DNA of 64,000 bases from Basidiobolus meristosporus CBS 931.73 (taxonomy: Eukaryota > Fungi > Basidiobolomycota), in assembly GCA_002104905.1 (NCBI GenBank), contig MCFE01000211.1, forward strand, positions 1-64,000. Reading direction: 5' to 3'. The translations under genes were made by a program, and so were the position numbers. A model generated the notes under the pieces. The model worked only from the letters and a program-made list of their open reading frames with translations, was not told the origin of the DNA and did no database searches. The stretch's first letter is position 1. The number at the start of each line of letters is the position of its first letter. Below are positions 1-13,052 of the stretch, one piece after another.

Positions 1-688
1 GTTATTTCAATATCTTACATGTAATTTGTATTCTTCAATCCGTGAGGTAAAAGCAGCAAAATCACCTAACTTTATAATTGGCTATGGTCAGGAGAGTGGC
101 AGTATTGCGGACTTCTATCTTTTGACTAATACTTTTTGCAACCAAACTTAAATTTAAAATTTGCGGAGTTTGGAACTAGATATATCAAATCAATAGATGT
201 TGGCCTAGTGGAACCGACTAAATCGTCCAATAAATGATCTTTCGGAATATCAGGTTTCTCATGAGCCGATTAATTTAATCACCTAGTCGACTATAATATT
301 GATATGCAATTTGCCCATTTCTCAATAACAATGTCTTATCTGAAATAGCGCTATTGTTTAGCAAAGATCAAGATCAAGTAGAAACAAAGTAGACATGTAT
401 ATTAAGCTGGTCAATCAAGTGAATCGTAGTAACATATGATACAAACTCAAGTTGAGCAGCAAATACTCATCACCTGCCGATCACCGCAAATCCCTAATAT
501 CAAATGGGTTGACGACTAGTGTTTTCAGGTACGAGAACTTGTCTATCAATGAGAAGTTTACGCCAAATAACAAAGAGCCTCTATAGTAAGGAAGATGGTT
601 TTGACGACATGTCTATCTGCACTGTATAAATAGAAGCATTTCTGTGTACGGTTAGCCACAGTTGTCAGAACATACTCGCCTGGCAATA

Positions 689-3600
689 ATGCTACAGTAT
701 CTGGTTTCTACTAACCGCGCTTACCTACTCGGAGTATGGCTATACTTTTGGCTACTTCCTACTCGAGGCTCGGGAGCCTTTTTCTATCCAAATACCGGCG
801 GATCGCCTATTCTCACGTATCCCAATGCTGAGTTTACACCGGCGGTTTCCAATCTGACCCGGACCTACGAGCGTTCATACGCGGTAACAGCTATTGAGAT
901 GCCCATAGTGTATAATAAGTATGGGGATATCGACACCAATGGTGTAATGTTCACATTGGATCGAAATCGAAGCTATCTGCGAAGGGTTCGTAGCTCGATC
1001 CTCCGACAAATCAAAGAGTCGAAAGTCAGACCGCGTATGGAACCTTTAGTTCGGCCTTTGGTTCTCCGCTGCAATGAGGGAGAGCATATCCATGTTCGCC
1101 TGAAGAACGAAATCAGAGGTCGGCGAGTCAGCCTACATCCTCACCTTTTCGGCCAGGATATAGTGAATGATGGATCAGCAGCGGGGATGAATCCAGACAG
1201 TACAATTGCGTTCAATGAAGAGATACAATATCGCTGGCCATGTTTGAAGGAGGGAACCTACATGCTCTCCAACAATGGAGACTATGACGGAACAGACAAA
1301 GGAACTCACGTGCATGGGTTATTTGCAGCTTTGGTGGTTGAGCCGAAAGGATCTACCTGGACTGATCCGATTACAGGGCAACCTACTGATGACGGAGTTA
1401 TTGCTGATATTCACCCTGCAACGAAATATGGTGGCTGTCCTAAGCGAGGCTTTTATGAGGAAGAAGAAAAATTCACGCATCCCGATTGCTCATTTCGAGA
1501 ATTTGTGGCGATCTTCCATGACGAGACTGACATCAATCATTTCAATGCCCGCTCAATCGACCCATGCACCAACCAAACTGCTAAGCCAGAGCCAATGACC
1601 AACTCGCTCAACTACCGTTCTGAGCCTATGCGCAACCGGCAGTATGTACTCTACGACAAAATTCAACAAGGTGAAAAGCTGAATATCAATGGCGAAGAGC
1701 AGCATCACTCAAGCTGGATGTTTGGCGACCCAGCTACACCGGTATTTCGGGCATACGCTGGTGACCCAGTCAAATTTCGCGTGGTGCATGCCGGGGTTAA
1801 GGAGACTCATGTGTTTCATCTGCATGTGCACCAATGGAGTTCTTTACGTGGTGACCGTGAAAGCCTTACCATCGATTCCTTCTCTCTTTCACCACAAACA
1901 TCTTGGGATCTCGACATTCATTATGGTGCTGGCTCAAGACTGAAGTCGATTGGAGATGTTATTTGGCATTGTCATCTGTATCCGCACTTTGAGACCGGGA
2001 TGTGGGGCATATTTCGGGTGTTGGATCGATTTGAAGACGGAAAAGGAAAATATCCGGACGGAACACCAATTGAGAGATTATCCTCACTACCTACCAGGCC
2101 CCACCCGCCATTAAAGGATAAAGACCACCCAGGCTTCCCAAATTATATTGCGGGCACTGTAGGACGCAAGTCCCCACGAGTCCCATGGCCAGTTCAGCTT
2201 TTCGGTGGAATCCCAGAGGGGTCAGATTATCGGGCCGCTTCCAAGCTAGAGCTACTCAATATGAATCGAGATCCACAAGTAGGAAACCTATTCACACTGA
2301 TCCCTACTCCAAGACAGCCTAAGGTGGTAGAGGCCAATATTACTATAACCTTACGGCACTTCGAATACAACCAGCACGGCTGGCATTATCCCTACGGGCA
2401 TTTGTACATGCTAGAAGAAGAAGAAAAGGAGTCCAACCCGAGAATTCCGAGTAAATTCGAACCATTGGTATTACGAATGAGTGAAAATACTATTGGCATG
2501 AATAAGTTCACGAACAAGCTACCCAGGGTTGTTCCTGCCACTGCTTTCGACGAAGCCTTCCCTCGTTGTGAAGCGCTCAGCCACGCAGGTGAAGCCGGGA
2601 TGCATGTACACCTGGTGAAATTCGATGTGCTGGTTAGCGATGGGGCTTCAGTTGGATGGAACTACATAAGTGGCGCTAGTTTTGGGAAATACCTAATCAA
2701 TCGATGGTGGATCGATGATTCTCTTGGCCACATTTTCTTCCATGACCATCTTTTTGCCAACTATCGCCAAAAGAAAGGGCTTTATGGTCTAGCTCCTGTT
2801 GAGCCGGAGGGTTCAATCTACCTGAATCCCACTGACCTGACTCAGCAACGAAGATCCGGAGTGAGCTCCGTCATTCTAACACCCGACTCGGGGCAATCCT
2901 TCCGAGAGCAAGTTCAGTTCATTGGGGACTTTGCGCCGGCATTTGATGCACAGAACCATCCAATTAATGTTAACAGCGACCCCAACGAGGATCAGGGGAT
3001 CATGGTTTTCAACTACCGCAATGAGCCATTGGTGGAAAGAAGAGATGTGGATCCATCGCAGCAATTTAGCAGCAAAACAAAATATGGAGACCCCTCGACT
3101 ACACTTTTTGAAGCGTACCCCAAGGATAGAATAGTTGTTCGATTGGTGCAAGGCGCACACGAGGAGTCTCATAGCTTCCAGATCCACGGTATGCGGTGGT
3201 CGAGGTTTTTTTCGAATTCTGAAGTGCTGGTGTCAAACCAGCAAACTATCGGCATATCTGAAGGGTTCTCGTTGGATATTGTTCCTGACTACTCTCCAGG
3301 CGACCACCTCTACAAGCTATCTGGTATTGATGATATATGGATCGGATGTTGGGGAATAATCCGAGTTCACCAGGAACCACAAGCACATCTCCCACCCCTT
3401 CCAAATAACAACGACCCATTCGGCCATCATGGACACACCATGCAGTCATCTCCTTACCCAGAGCCTTCCAAATTGCGCGAATACCTGGTAGAGGCGCAGC
3501 AGCGGGTTCTCAACTACAATCATAAGAATTGGACCGACCCCTTCGCCATTGTATACTGCCTCAAGGTTACAAGGAGCCGATGGCAACCGATTGGGTAAAC

Positions 3601-4623
3601 GCTACAGGGAAGCATGATTGCTTCAACTATCACGATGGGCATCTAGAACCATTGATAATTCGCGGTCGTGCTGGAGAGTTTATTCAGGTCCACTTGAAAA
3701 ACAACCTGCCAAAAAAGCTCCATCCGGAGCCATTTGCGCCCCAAGTTCCTGCCGACAACCCTAGACGACAGGTCTCCAGCCATGTTTCTATCCATGCCGA
3801 TCTCCTCTTGTACGATGTTCGTGATGACGACGGAAGCAATGTCGGGCTCAACCCAGATCAAACTATACCACCTGGGCATATCAAGTCATACACCTGGTAT
3901 GCTGACCAACCGTTGGGCCCAGTTCTTCTCCAGGACTTTTCGGATGTGAGAAATCATAAGCACCATGGCTTAGTTGGTGCTCTGGTCATCCTAGGCGCGC
4001 ACGATCAGCCAGCCTCTTGGTACAAGACCGAGACAGATGTATATCACCACAGAGCAACACATTCATATACAAATGAGAAATTTGGAGCGCGCTCGCTGAT
4101 CTACCAAGATAAAGTGTTGATTATTCAAAGCGGCCTGCGTTTATTCGAGAATGGCGCGCTCGACAAACCGATACCGGATCTAGCAATCGATAGAAATGTT
4201 GAGGCTGACGCTGATGATGACTCCACTGGGTTTCCGTTTGTAGACTTCGAGGATCAAGGGCAAAAAGCCTATAATTACCGTAATCACCCAGCTGATGAAC
4301 CGGAATGGTTACGCACCGCTCATCCAGCTACCCATATTTTTGAAGCACAACCTGGTGTGTTGCAGCGCTTTCAAATCGTCGGTGGCCTGGATAAACCGAG
4401 AGCTGTCTCGTTCCATTTACACGGCCATGGTTGGCTCTCTCAGAATGCTCGACCTGGTCGTGAGTTTACCTCCGTAAACAATGCTGTTTCCCCCGGGTTC
4501 GCTCAAACCAACACCTTTTACGCAAGTCAGCATCGTGGTGATTGGGTGTATCGTGATGGCGTTCTTTTCACGAACATCCTTGATGGTTTGTGGGGCTTGT
4601 TCCGAGTCCAGGATTCTTCTTAA
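689..4623 (+). CDS. Large multicopper oxidase (six cupredoxin domains, MnxG/ceruloplasmin-like layout), split by an apparent 1-bp frameshift near 3556
   Basis: ORF 662-3598 (first ATG 689, hydrophobic N-terminus, TATAAA at 625-630) has Cu motifs SLHPH, THVHGL, HVFHLHVH, WHCHLYPHFETGM, MHVHL, FFHDH, HSFQIH. ORF 3529-4623 continues with EPLIIRG, SIHAD, NHKHHGLVGAL, FHLHGH. No intron is needed elsewhere. Confidence 0.85.
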
Positions 4624-4773
4624 ACGCAGTGACATAACATACATCTTAATCACTATTCATATATCTGCCCGCTTCTACGATTATACATTATACCCCTACT
4701 ACTTAGCAAACTCTGGAAGTAAATAATCAGCAACATAGCAAAGTAATAAACCTATCTGTGAGTCGGCCACGTT

Positions 4774-4858
4774 GTGACTTACTTACACCCAAAGGTGCAT
4801 TTTAATACCCATCAGTGACTTACTTTCACCCAAAGGTTGATTTTAATACCTATCAGTG
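4774..4858. repeat. 41-bp imperfect tandem duplication
   Basis: gtgacttacttacacccaaaggtgcattttaatacccatca followed by gtgacttactttcacccaaaggttgattttaatacctatca. Confidence 0.85.
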
Positions 4859-5189
4859 CCGCTAAGTATATATCTAAGTGACCAATTTGGGTAGTATGTT
4901 ACATCATTTCCACCTAGTGGCTGAGTGCTAACAATACTCATTGTTCGGCTGTAGACGGTCTCATACATAGTAATAAATTCTATTCATTGGCACGATGAGC
5001 ATGCCTTATCAAACAGTCACATATTTGTGACAGCGAACCAACAGCGGTACCACAATACAATCAGTGCTACCAATACGAGGTATACCAAGAGTTCCGATTA
5101 CATACCCGTAGATATCGTCGCACAAAATTGAAGGAAATGCCATCATGGAAACTTCGGCTGTCTGGAGTATGGTGTGCTTCGAAGTTTAT

Positions 5190-6268
5190 TCAGACGATCG
5201 ATTTGAGGATAGCTTTAGCCATGTAATGATGGGCGACGGTTGTCGGATGGGCTTCGTCCCAGAAGACTTTTTTCCCTGGGTGGTTACAAATGTCGGGTAC
5301 TTCCTCTAGTGAGCTAGGAGTTTCGGTGCATGCTATATCAGGCTTGGTGTACCAGGGATTGGCAAGCTGTTTGCCAAGAAATCTGTTCATGTCAAACATC
5401 TTGACGTTTAATTGGTTGTTTTTGAGCACAAGGGATTCTAGCGCCCGATTATGAATGATGCGATTGGCTTTCATCTTGTTTTGAATCGTGTTGTTTTGGC
5501 TCGTGAAGTAAGGGTAATGGTCCATGCCCATGTTAAAGTACAGAAAGGATTTCGCAGAGAACGGAGGCTTCGACAACTTCCTGGATGTTTTGTAGATATT
5601 CGTGGCCACTGAGCTCGGGTCTATATCCGGGCCACCATAAAAGTAATCGTTTCCGGCCAGCTCGATTACGTAAAAGGTGCGCCTAGGAGAAAACTCCATG
5701 GGATTCTTCAAGAGATTTTCTCGATGGGCTTCAATTTGATCAGCAATACTAGGAACCTTTACGTCATTTTTTGAACCAGAATATCCTTGGACAACTCTAT
5801 TGTTGGCTAGAGGAAGCCTACATTAGGGCCGATTGACTACAGAGCTTCGCGAAAACAAAAATACGTACCAGTAGCACCCCCGTATGCATAGTTGAAAACC
5901 TTCCAAGAAGTTAGCTCGTGCAGGTACTCCGACCACACTGGGCCATTAGAGAAGCGGCCATGGTAAAAATAGGGCTGAGGATAGGTTTTGTTAAGCAGAG
6001 AGTAAACTTTGCCGGTATCGCTGAAAGAGTCTCCGAAGACAACAAGAGCCTTGGCACTATTTACCGAGCTCGTTCTACTCCCAGATGGCATCGCGCACAC
6101 TACGGATATGAAACAGAGTGCATAGGCACATTGGTAACTTTGCTGGCAATCGTATTCTAATTTAAATTCTTTGTCCGCGTGTGAAACGCGTAGATTGGTG
6201 GATGAGTACCCCAGCCTTGCTTGTGGCACAGAATTCCCAAGGCCTATGGTGACGGCTAATTTTGGCAT
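5190..6268 (-). CDS. GDSL/SGNH lipase-esterase, probably secreted; start codon uncertain
   Basis: Block [20 protein letters not shown], block [10 protein letters not shown], block III AGNDY, block V WDEAHPT. Intron 5807-5868 (GTACGT..CTAAT..TAG) joins GGAT to ANNRVVQ in frame. Confidence 0.9.
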
Positions 6269-6358
6269 TTATGCATGCATAATGGGGGGTTCGTTTTTAA
6301 AAATTCTGGCATATTTATTACTCAGTATCCAGAGCCAAATAGCTCATTCATCCGTTGC

Positions 6359-7422
6359 TCAGCACCCCGAGCCTAATTTGATATCCCAAAATTGAGTGTG
6401 AGCACTGAAACCAAGTGGGATTGCAACCCCGACGATACAGTTTTGGTCCTCGGCTACTTTCCCGTTAACCACATCGGTGCAAACTACGGTGTTACCGTCT
6501 TTACGGATGTATACCTCATGAGGGTGTTGGAAATAATCTAGATTTTGAGGAGGGAGCCTTGAGACTGGATCATTTTTGTTGGTGATTCTTGTCAATCTCG
6601 ATTGAGTGCTGTTCAGCCCGAATGTATCATACACCAATTGAGCGAATTCCTTGTTGCCAGTCCTGGGTTGGCCGTAGGTATGTAGGTAAATTTGTGAGCG
6701 ATCGATAATCAGAAGATCCGATTGGAAGGATCTTCCACTCATGGGATTCAAATAGAACCTCTTGATGTCCATAGCACAAAAGGCCGCCACTGCTCCTCCC
6801 TGATTGGACTGTTGAATGGATGACTCGTTGAATGTGTATTATGCTGAACTTACCAGAGAGTGGCCAGTGATTACTAATTTGTATGATTCAGTCTGATCCT
6901 TCAGAGTTGTCAGCACCTGCTTAAGCCCAGCTCTGACTGTGCTCTCGACACTTGCGTAAGTCTCATAGAATCCGCTGTGTACTTTGACTTTGTCATTTGC
7001 AGTGGGGTAAACGAACGCTGTAGGAGTAACTCCCAAATTCTTAATCCAGTTAGCCAGATTTGAGGATCTAAAGAGGGAATTCGAGTTAGATCAAATGACT
7101 ACCTCAATGGGCGGTATATTTACCCTCGGAATGAGATAACGATCTTTTTGTCTTCCTTGCTATAGCCGATGTATCCTGCAATGCCCGAAGCCCCGCTGGA
7201 GAAGTAAGTGGTAACATTCAATTTCCCAACACAGCGTTCCCCGCATGTCCAGTTGGTCAATTTTTCCTGTGGGCAGTACGCAGCAGAAGCGTATTTAGCA
7301 TGAGTTTTGAGGATGGCCAGCTCTGAGCTCTCAAGTACTGGTAGACTTTGACGCCGAGTGATTGGACTGGCTAGAGTGGTATAGCTTAGCGCCAATACAA
7401 TGAACAATCTGAGCCAATTCAT
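6359..7422 (-). CDS. Secreted class-3 (fungal) triacylglycerol lipase, 3 exons
   Basis: Signal peptide, YASAAYC, IVISFRG, nucleophile elbow GHSL|GG split by a GTAAGT intron, TYGQPRTGN, RITNKNDPVSRLP, HPHEVYI, C-terminal His. Confidence 0.93.
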
Positions 7423-8152
7423 CAGATATAGAAGAGTGCCAGCGAGAGGACTTTCTTGCTGTGGCCGTATGAAGCTCCTCCGTATTTAAGCTATTCGAGC
7501 CCGAAGCTGCGTTGACTGGAAGCTCTTCAGTACACGATTACTAGATGCTTTGCCTATCACTTTCCATAGACGATACTACGTGCTACTACACTCTTTGTAC
7601 ATATCAATCAAGTTGTGGCAAGTTTCTGCGCGCAATATTCTCACTATTCCCAGAAATCTGTTAATGTGATAAAGCATTCAAGATCAGCATTGCCTCAAAG
7701 TGTGCAACTAGATTGATCCAAGCAATGGCAACACTGACTCTGATGGATCCTATATTTGGATAATCCTCCATTCAACCTACGAAAATTTCACACTCGCCAT
7801 AACAGCAGTTTTAAGTGGCTGTACTGTTGATCCATTTAAATGAAGTGATCTTCAAAAATAACCCATATATGTAATTAAACCTGTAGTTAGGCTTCTCACA
7901 TATATTGTGAGCAAACAACAATCCATCCAAGGCTACAGCATAAATCACCAACATTCCCCGGCGTTGGTATCAAATACCTAGACAGGCATTGGATGGTAGA
8001 AATGGTTTGGGAAGTGCTGAAACATCGTGCTACGTATTTTCTTCATGCTATTTGATTTATTCACTATGGGCCATTGCTTTCCGACGTAGCCGGCATTACT
8101 GTACGAGATCTTAAAAGGTTCTAATAGAAGTATTCAACGCGATGGAATTTAC

Positions 8153-11100
8153 TTAGATTTGACCCCATGTGAGTCGGGCCACATGGTCAGTCTTTCGGTT
8201 GGTGGACTTAATGAAGCCCATAAATTGAAGCTCGGCAATCGCCTTAATAAACCGTGCTCTACAAAGGATAGGAGTCAGACCTGGGTCGTAAAGATTACTG
8301 TGATTGCCAACTTACTGGATTTCTTGAGGCCCATGATTACGTTTCTCTTTTTCTACAACCATCTCAAATGATACAAACCAGTCATACAGATTGATCATTC
8401 GTCCGCACTCTAAATAGAGTCGATATGCAATGCTAGAATCCTCCAATTCTGAACTAAGCGCTTTACTACAGCATCGGCAGTTCAAGTAATGTTGCGGTTG
8501 ACCAAGTGCCGTTTGGATGGCAGCTCGTGGTTGTGCATTAAATGTCTAGTGTGATGAAGGTGAATCAAATTGGGCCAAAGAGAACGAACAATCTCAGAAA
8601 CCAACCTTTTCTAGCAGCTTAACATTAGAGAAATAGAAAAGCTCGTGCAGTGGCAACTCTGAGTAGCATTTGAGATTCTCTCTATATTGATAAATAGATA
8701 GAAGTTAATCTCTGCATTATCAAGGGCTCGACTAGGGGCATATACCTGAAGAAATTATTAAGGAATTCTATAACATCGTTCACCAGCAATGTGTAATATT
8801 GTACTTCCTCTGGTTCACTATCTATGGCATTCGTTCTACTAGATACTCTAGATTTACGTTTGTTTTCTGCATTGCTCGAAGCGATTAGGTTCTTTGTTTC
8901 TGATTCCGAGTCGGAGGTATCACTTCCAAAAGCCTCCTCAATAGTGTATAGCTTTTCCAGGAAATCCTGTACGTGTATCAACTCCGTGTCAAACGACACG
9001 AATTTTTCCTTCTTCTTCAAAACGTTCTCCAAGTCTTCGAGTAGCTTTTTCATTCCCTTTAGTTTCAGTTTCCTAGATGCAAGTTAGAGAAAGTTCATGC
9101 ATTACGCTGCCTACGCGAATTAATACAAACGCCCACTTACTTGGCCAGCATCAAGAGATTTTTGACATGTTGAGTATCGTATAGGTTATCGTTCAAGCCA
9201 TAGAAGTATAATATTCTCTTTGGTTTTTTCAACGCACCACCAACAAAAATATCCTGCAAAGTGCAAACGCATTCCAGTGCCTTTGCATATCTAGCATGGT
9301 ACTGTGTGAAATTTTGTAGGAATTCGGGTAGTTTTGCAACAAGGTAGTCATCATCATCCAGTAGCTTTTTGGTTTCGTCGGCATCATGCTTGACCGCCTC
9401 AACTACACTATTTAACAGGATATCAATGGATTGACATAGCAAACGGTGTACTGTTGGGCATACCTTCGAAATGATGGTTGCATCCGGATAAATTCACAAT
9501 GATCTTTGCTAAACACTGATCTAGGCGGGACTTTGAATTTTAAGGAAAGTACACTCAATGGGTTTGAGTAGAAATGCGACATGACTGCGTACTAAATCAA
9601 ACAAGGCGGGTATTCAATAAAAGAGGATTGTTGGAAGCGTTTCAGTCGGTCTACCTGTAAGCTGCACATAAAGGAATTCACCGAAAAATTGTGTTCGAAG
9701 AAATTTCCAGTTAACAGCTTATACGCGTCAACGCCTAATTTAAATCCAATATGGTCTCTAAGAAACACCTGAAGCCCAATGTCATTAGAGTAAGGAAGAG
9801 GGCACATTGCAGAGCTTTATGGATACCTCTTCGATAATAGAACCTAGAATTTCGTTTGGCCTTTGGAAATAGAATTTCTCTGCCCTTAATATCGTCAGAG
9901 TATCCTTCGATAGGGATTGGTGTAGTGCCTCAACAGATGTAGCAATACCCATGAGCAGCACAATAGGGATTCTATCACAATACTCACTGAAGTCGCAATG
10001 AGAAAAATACTCGCGGAAGAACTGTAACACTATATCATTACCTGCAAATCGTAATCAAATCGCCCAGTAATAGCGGATCAAAGCCCTCCATATCTTGAAT
10101 AACAATCACCAAGTGCTTCACTATTTGGTTCAAACACTTTGGTGTGAGCATCAAAGACCACGCTTATTCGGATGGATTATTTTCGTACCAGGCATTAGAT
10201 TGGTTTCTGGATTGGACACGGACTTGTACCATCCTTCAAGCACTTGCATATCATACGTAGAGATTTTGTAATCTACGGTCTGTCCATCTTCTTCATCAGA
10301 AATATCCACAATATCGGACACCTTAGCATCAGTGAAGGCTGTAAGCTTTTGCTGCTATTTAGCAGTAGATCAGTTTGGAATAGGTACCTTGGATCTGGAT
10401 TCAAGGAATTGAGAGATCAATAGCTTCATCGTAGTTTTTAGGTTATGGCAGTCTTTGGACTCCAGATTGGCAACGCAATGACCATCTTCATCCGAGAGTG
10501 TATCTCCAATTCTTTTGAATAGCAAGTGATTATCCGGGACATTGATACCTAAGCAATCAATGAGAGTGAGTGGCGCCCTAGCTGCTTTCTACAAAATAAT
10601 CTTCAAATACCGGCAAATATTAATCCGGTTGGAACTTCTTGGTACGGCCGGATAGAGAATCTATCAGCGAAGACGTCTTATTTTGCTGTATTTCATATCG
10701 AAGCTTTATCCATTACTAATACTAACTTGCTTTTCAGTCGCTTCTATAACAATTTCTAACAAACTCGGCAATCTCGCCAATGGCCTTGCTATTTAGACTG
10801 ACAACGAGCTCCTAAATCCAAAGCATTATCTTCAATGAGCGAAATAGACAAAATGCTCAAGGGTTGAAACTTACGTCTATCCTACTCCGGATACTGGCCC
10901 ATGTTTGTTGGTATAAATCATATCTGTATTTTACGTTGGCAAGGCCTTCTCTTCCAGAAAATAACTTTCGAAACCCGTCGAATTTTATGTGATTGATCCC
11001 GTCTACCAATTGACCTACGTTTCCCCGAAAATTATGTTAACGAAGCCATCTCATACAAATAAACGAGACGGAACAAACCTGTACTCTTCCTAGGCGGTAT

Positions 11101-11219
11101 TAAAAAGCAGCTCTATTCCACAATTAAAATATGAATGGTCGGTGTTTTGCTGGTCGAAACATTCTGGTATTATCACATACCTCTGACACAGAGTCATAAA
11201 CGTCTCTTTCGTTAGTCAT
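8153..11219 (-). CDS. ORC3: Origin recognition complex subunit 3, multi-exon
   Basis: Spliced exons give [93 protein letters not shown] and the C-terminal [32 protein letters not shown]. Confidence 0.9.
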
Positions 11220-11527
11220 GGATAGTTGATAGTATATGGATTCGTTGTGTTATATCTCTTGGAGTTCGGTCGTCTCCACTTAGCTAGTTGTTTAGTCAAA
11301 GCGCATGGGATATGAAAAAAGGATTTCATAGGATTTGATGATTGTTATCTCGCAAGTCACAACTACAACATTAAAACCAAAACAAATCCTGAGCATTCAT
11401 GATCGGACTTGGAGTATCACGTGAGTAAAATCTTGGACTAGCATGGTTACCATTACCATGTTCATAGTATTATCAAGACGTTATGCTTTATTTTATATAT
11501 GCTTCAATATTAGACGACTATCGCAAG

Positions 11528-12092
11528 CTAACTTTCATAAGTCGAGAGGGATTTGATATAGCGATTCAGTGCATTCTTAAAGTGTTCGTTGGTAATAAAC
11601 TCTCTGTCGACCTTGACAAGTGGATTCTTCACCACATACTCCACATATATCTGCCCGTATATCTGCCTCAATACTTCTCTCATGTTGTCTAGCCCTGGAT
11701 CAGTCATTAGCACGAATTTTAAGCCACTTAATGTTTCGTAGTAGTGTAGCTTGTACGTGTTTGTGCGATACGATAAGAAACCATCCCCGCTGCCGATGAA
11801 GCAACACCAATTAATAAGATTCAAATTAAGCAGGTAGATGTTTTAATAGAAATACGTACGGCTGCTTTGGCGATAACTTGTTGGCGAAGTTTCGAAGCGA
11901 TAATATTACTCCATAAATGAGCTTAGATTCCTCCTCATCCAAGGGCTCCTGACTCTCATTTGAAGTTATTTTTTCTGGATGTTCCGGATCTCGGGAGGAG
12001 AGAGAGGATTGAAAACTTAGGCGTTGTTTGTGCCAGCTTTGATAGAAAACACATTCACAATGTCTGTCAAAGATATACAAGTTGTATATCAT
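11528..12092 (-). CDS. BET5: TRAPP complex subunit Bet5/TRAPPC1 (longin fold), one intron
   Basis: MIYNLYIFDRHCECVFY, EESKLIYGVILSLRNFANKLS, FLSYRTNTYKLHYYETLSGLKFVLMTDP, IYVEYVVKNPL. Confidence 0.92.
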
Positions 12093-12350
12093 CTTTCAAC
12101 GTAGCAGCTGCCAGATGGATAGAAGAGCAATACGCATTGATTTTCGGTAGAATGAACAGACTATAATCAATTACTGCTGATTGTCTCATGGAGATTGTGC
12201 CTACTTGAGCCAACATGTTTAAATTTAGAACGGTGTTAATCACTCTTTTGAATTGTACATAATTGAAAATATAATGAACATAAGCCAAAGCTACTAGAAA
12301 TTTGTTTCACATACCACTGTCTGAGCTTGTGACGACTGTTTACTGTCTTA

Positions 12351-12732
12351 ATGGTACAGTAAGTTCGCTGAAGAACGCTTGCTCCGGCTATGTGCTAAAC
12401 AGTTTCATTTTAGGCTAACGGGCAAGATCGGCGATTAGGGGCGACTATTCTGGCTGTTAGTACTATTGTATTTCTGTATTATACAGTATGGGCTATGATT
12501 ATGGTAAATCCACTATCTTACGCGCGTGTGCGGCTTCACGAAAATAACAGTTTCTCTTAAGCCATTCGTCGATGAAGGTCATCTTTTACATGAGTATTTC
12601 CCCCCACCCGAATATGCAATTCGAATTCCTGTGGTATTATTGCTCTTTGGCTTAACAGTGGTGTTTACCTTTATATCGATGGTTATGATAAAATCTAACC
12701 AACGACGATTGCTTCTGAAGAAGTCCGGTTGA
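12351..12732 (+). CDS. DPM2: Dolichol-phosphate-mannose synthase regulatory subunit, 3 exons
   Basis: Splicing ATG|GTACAG..TAG|GCT and ATG|GTAAAT..AAG|CCA gives MANGQDRRLGATILAVSTIVFLYYTVWAMIMPFVDEGHLLHEYFPPPEYAIRIP.., a two-TM DPM2 pattern. Divergent from BET5 across ~260 bp. Confidence 0.88.
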
Positions 12733-13052
12733 ATTGAACTAGTATTCAATAACTGTATGATTGTAAAAAGACTCTTCAGCATCCAGTAACTAAACTTTAT
12801 GAAAGCCAAATATGTACCAAAACGATAAAGCTTCAAAATTATAAGATAGGGTAACTTTTCAAGAGCATTACTACGTAGGATTAATATTGTTCCTTGATCG
12901 AGGTTATAAGCATGCTGTACAAATGCCAGAAATATGTCTAGCAAGCAAGTATAGAATTCTTACTATGTTTATTGTTCAATGACTCGGCTGGATAAAGTTG
13001 GGTATATGTTCTGTAAATATGATTCTAGATAACTACAGCTTAAGAAACAACA

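Noticed and set aside
3595-3646. GTAAAC..CTAG intron repairing the oxidase
   Set aside because: Phase does not restore the downstream frame
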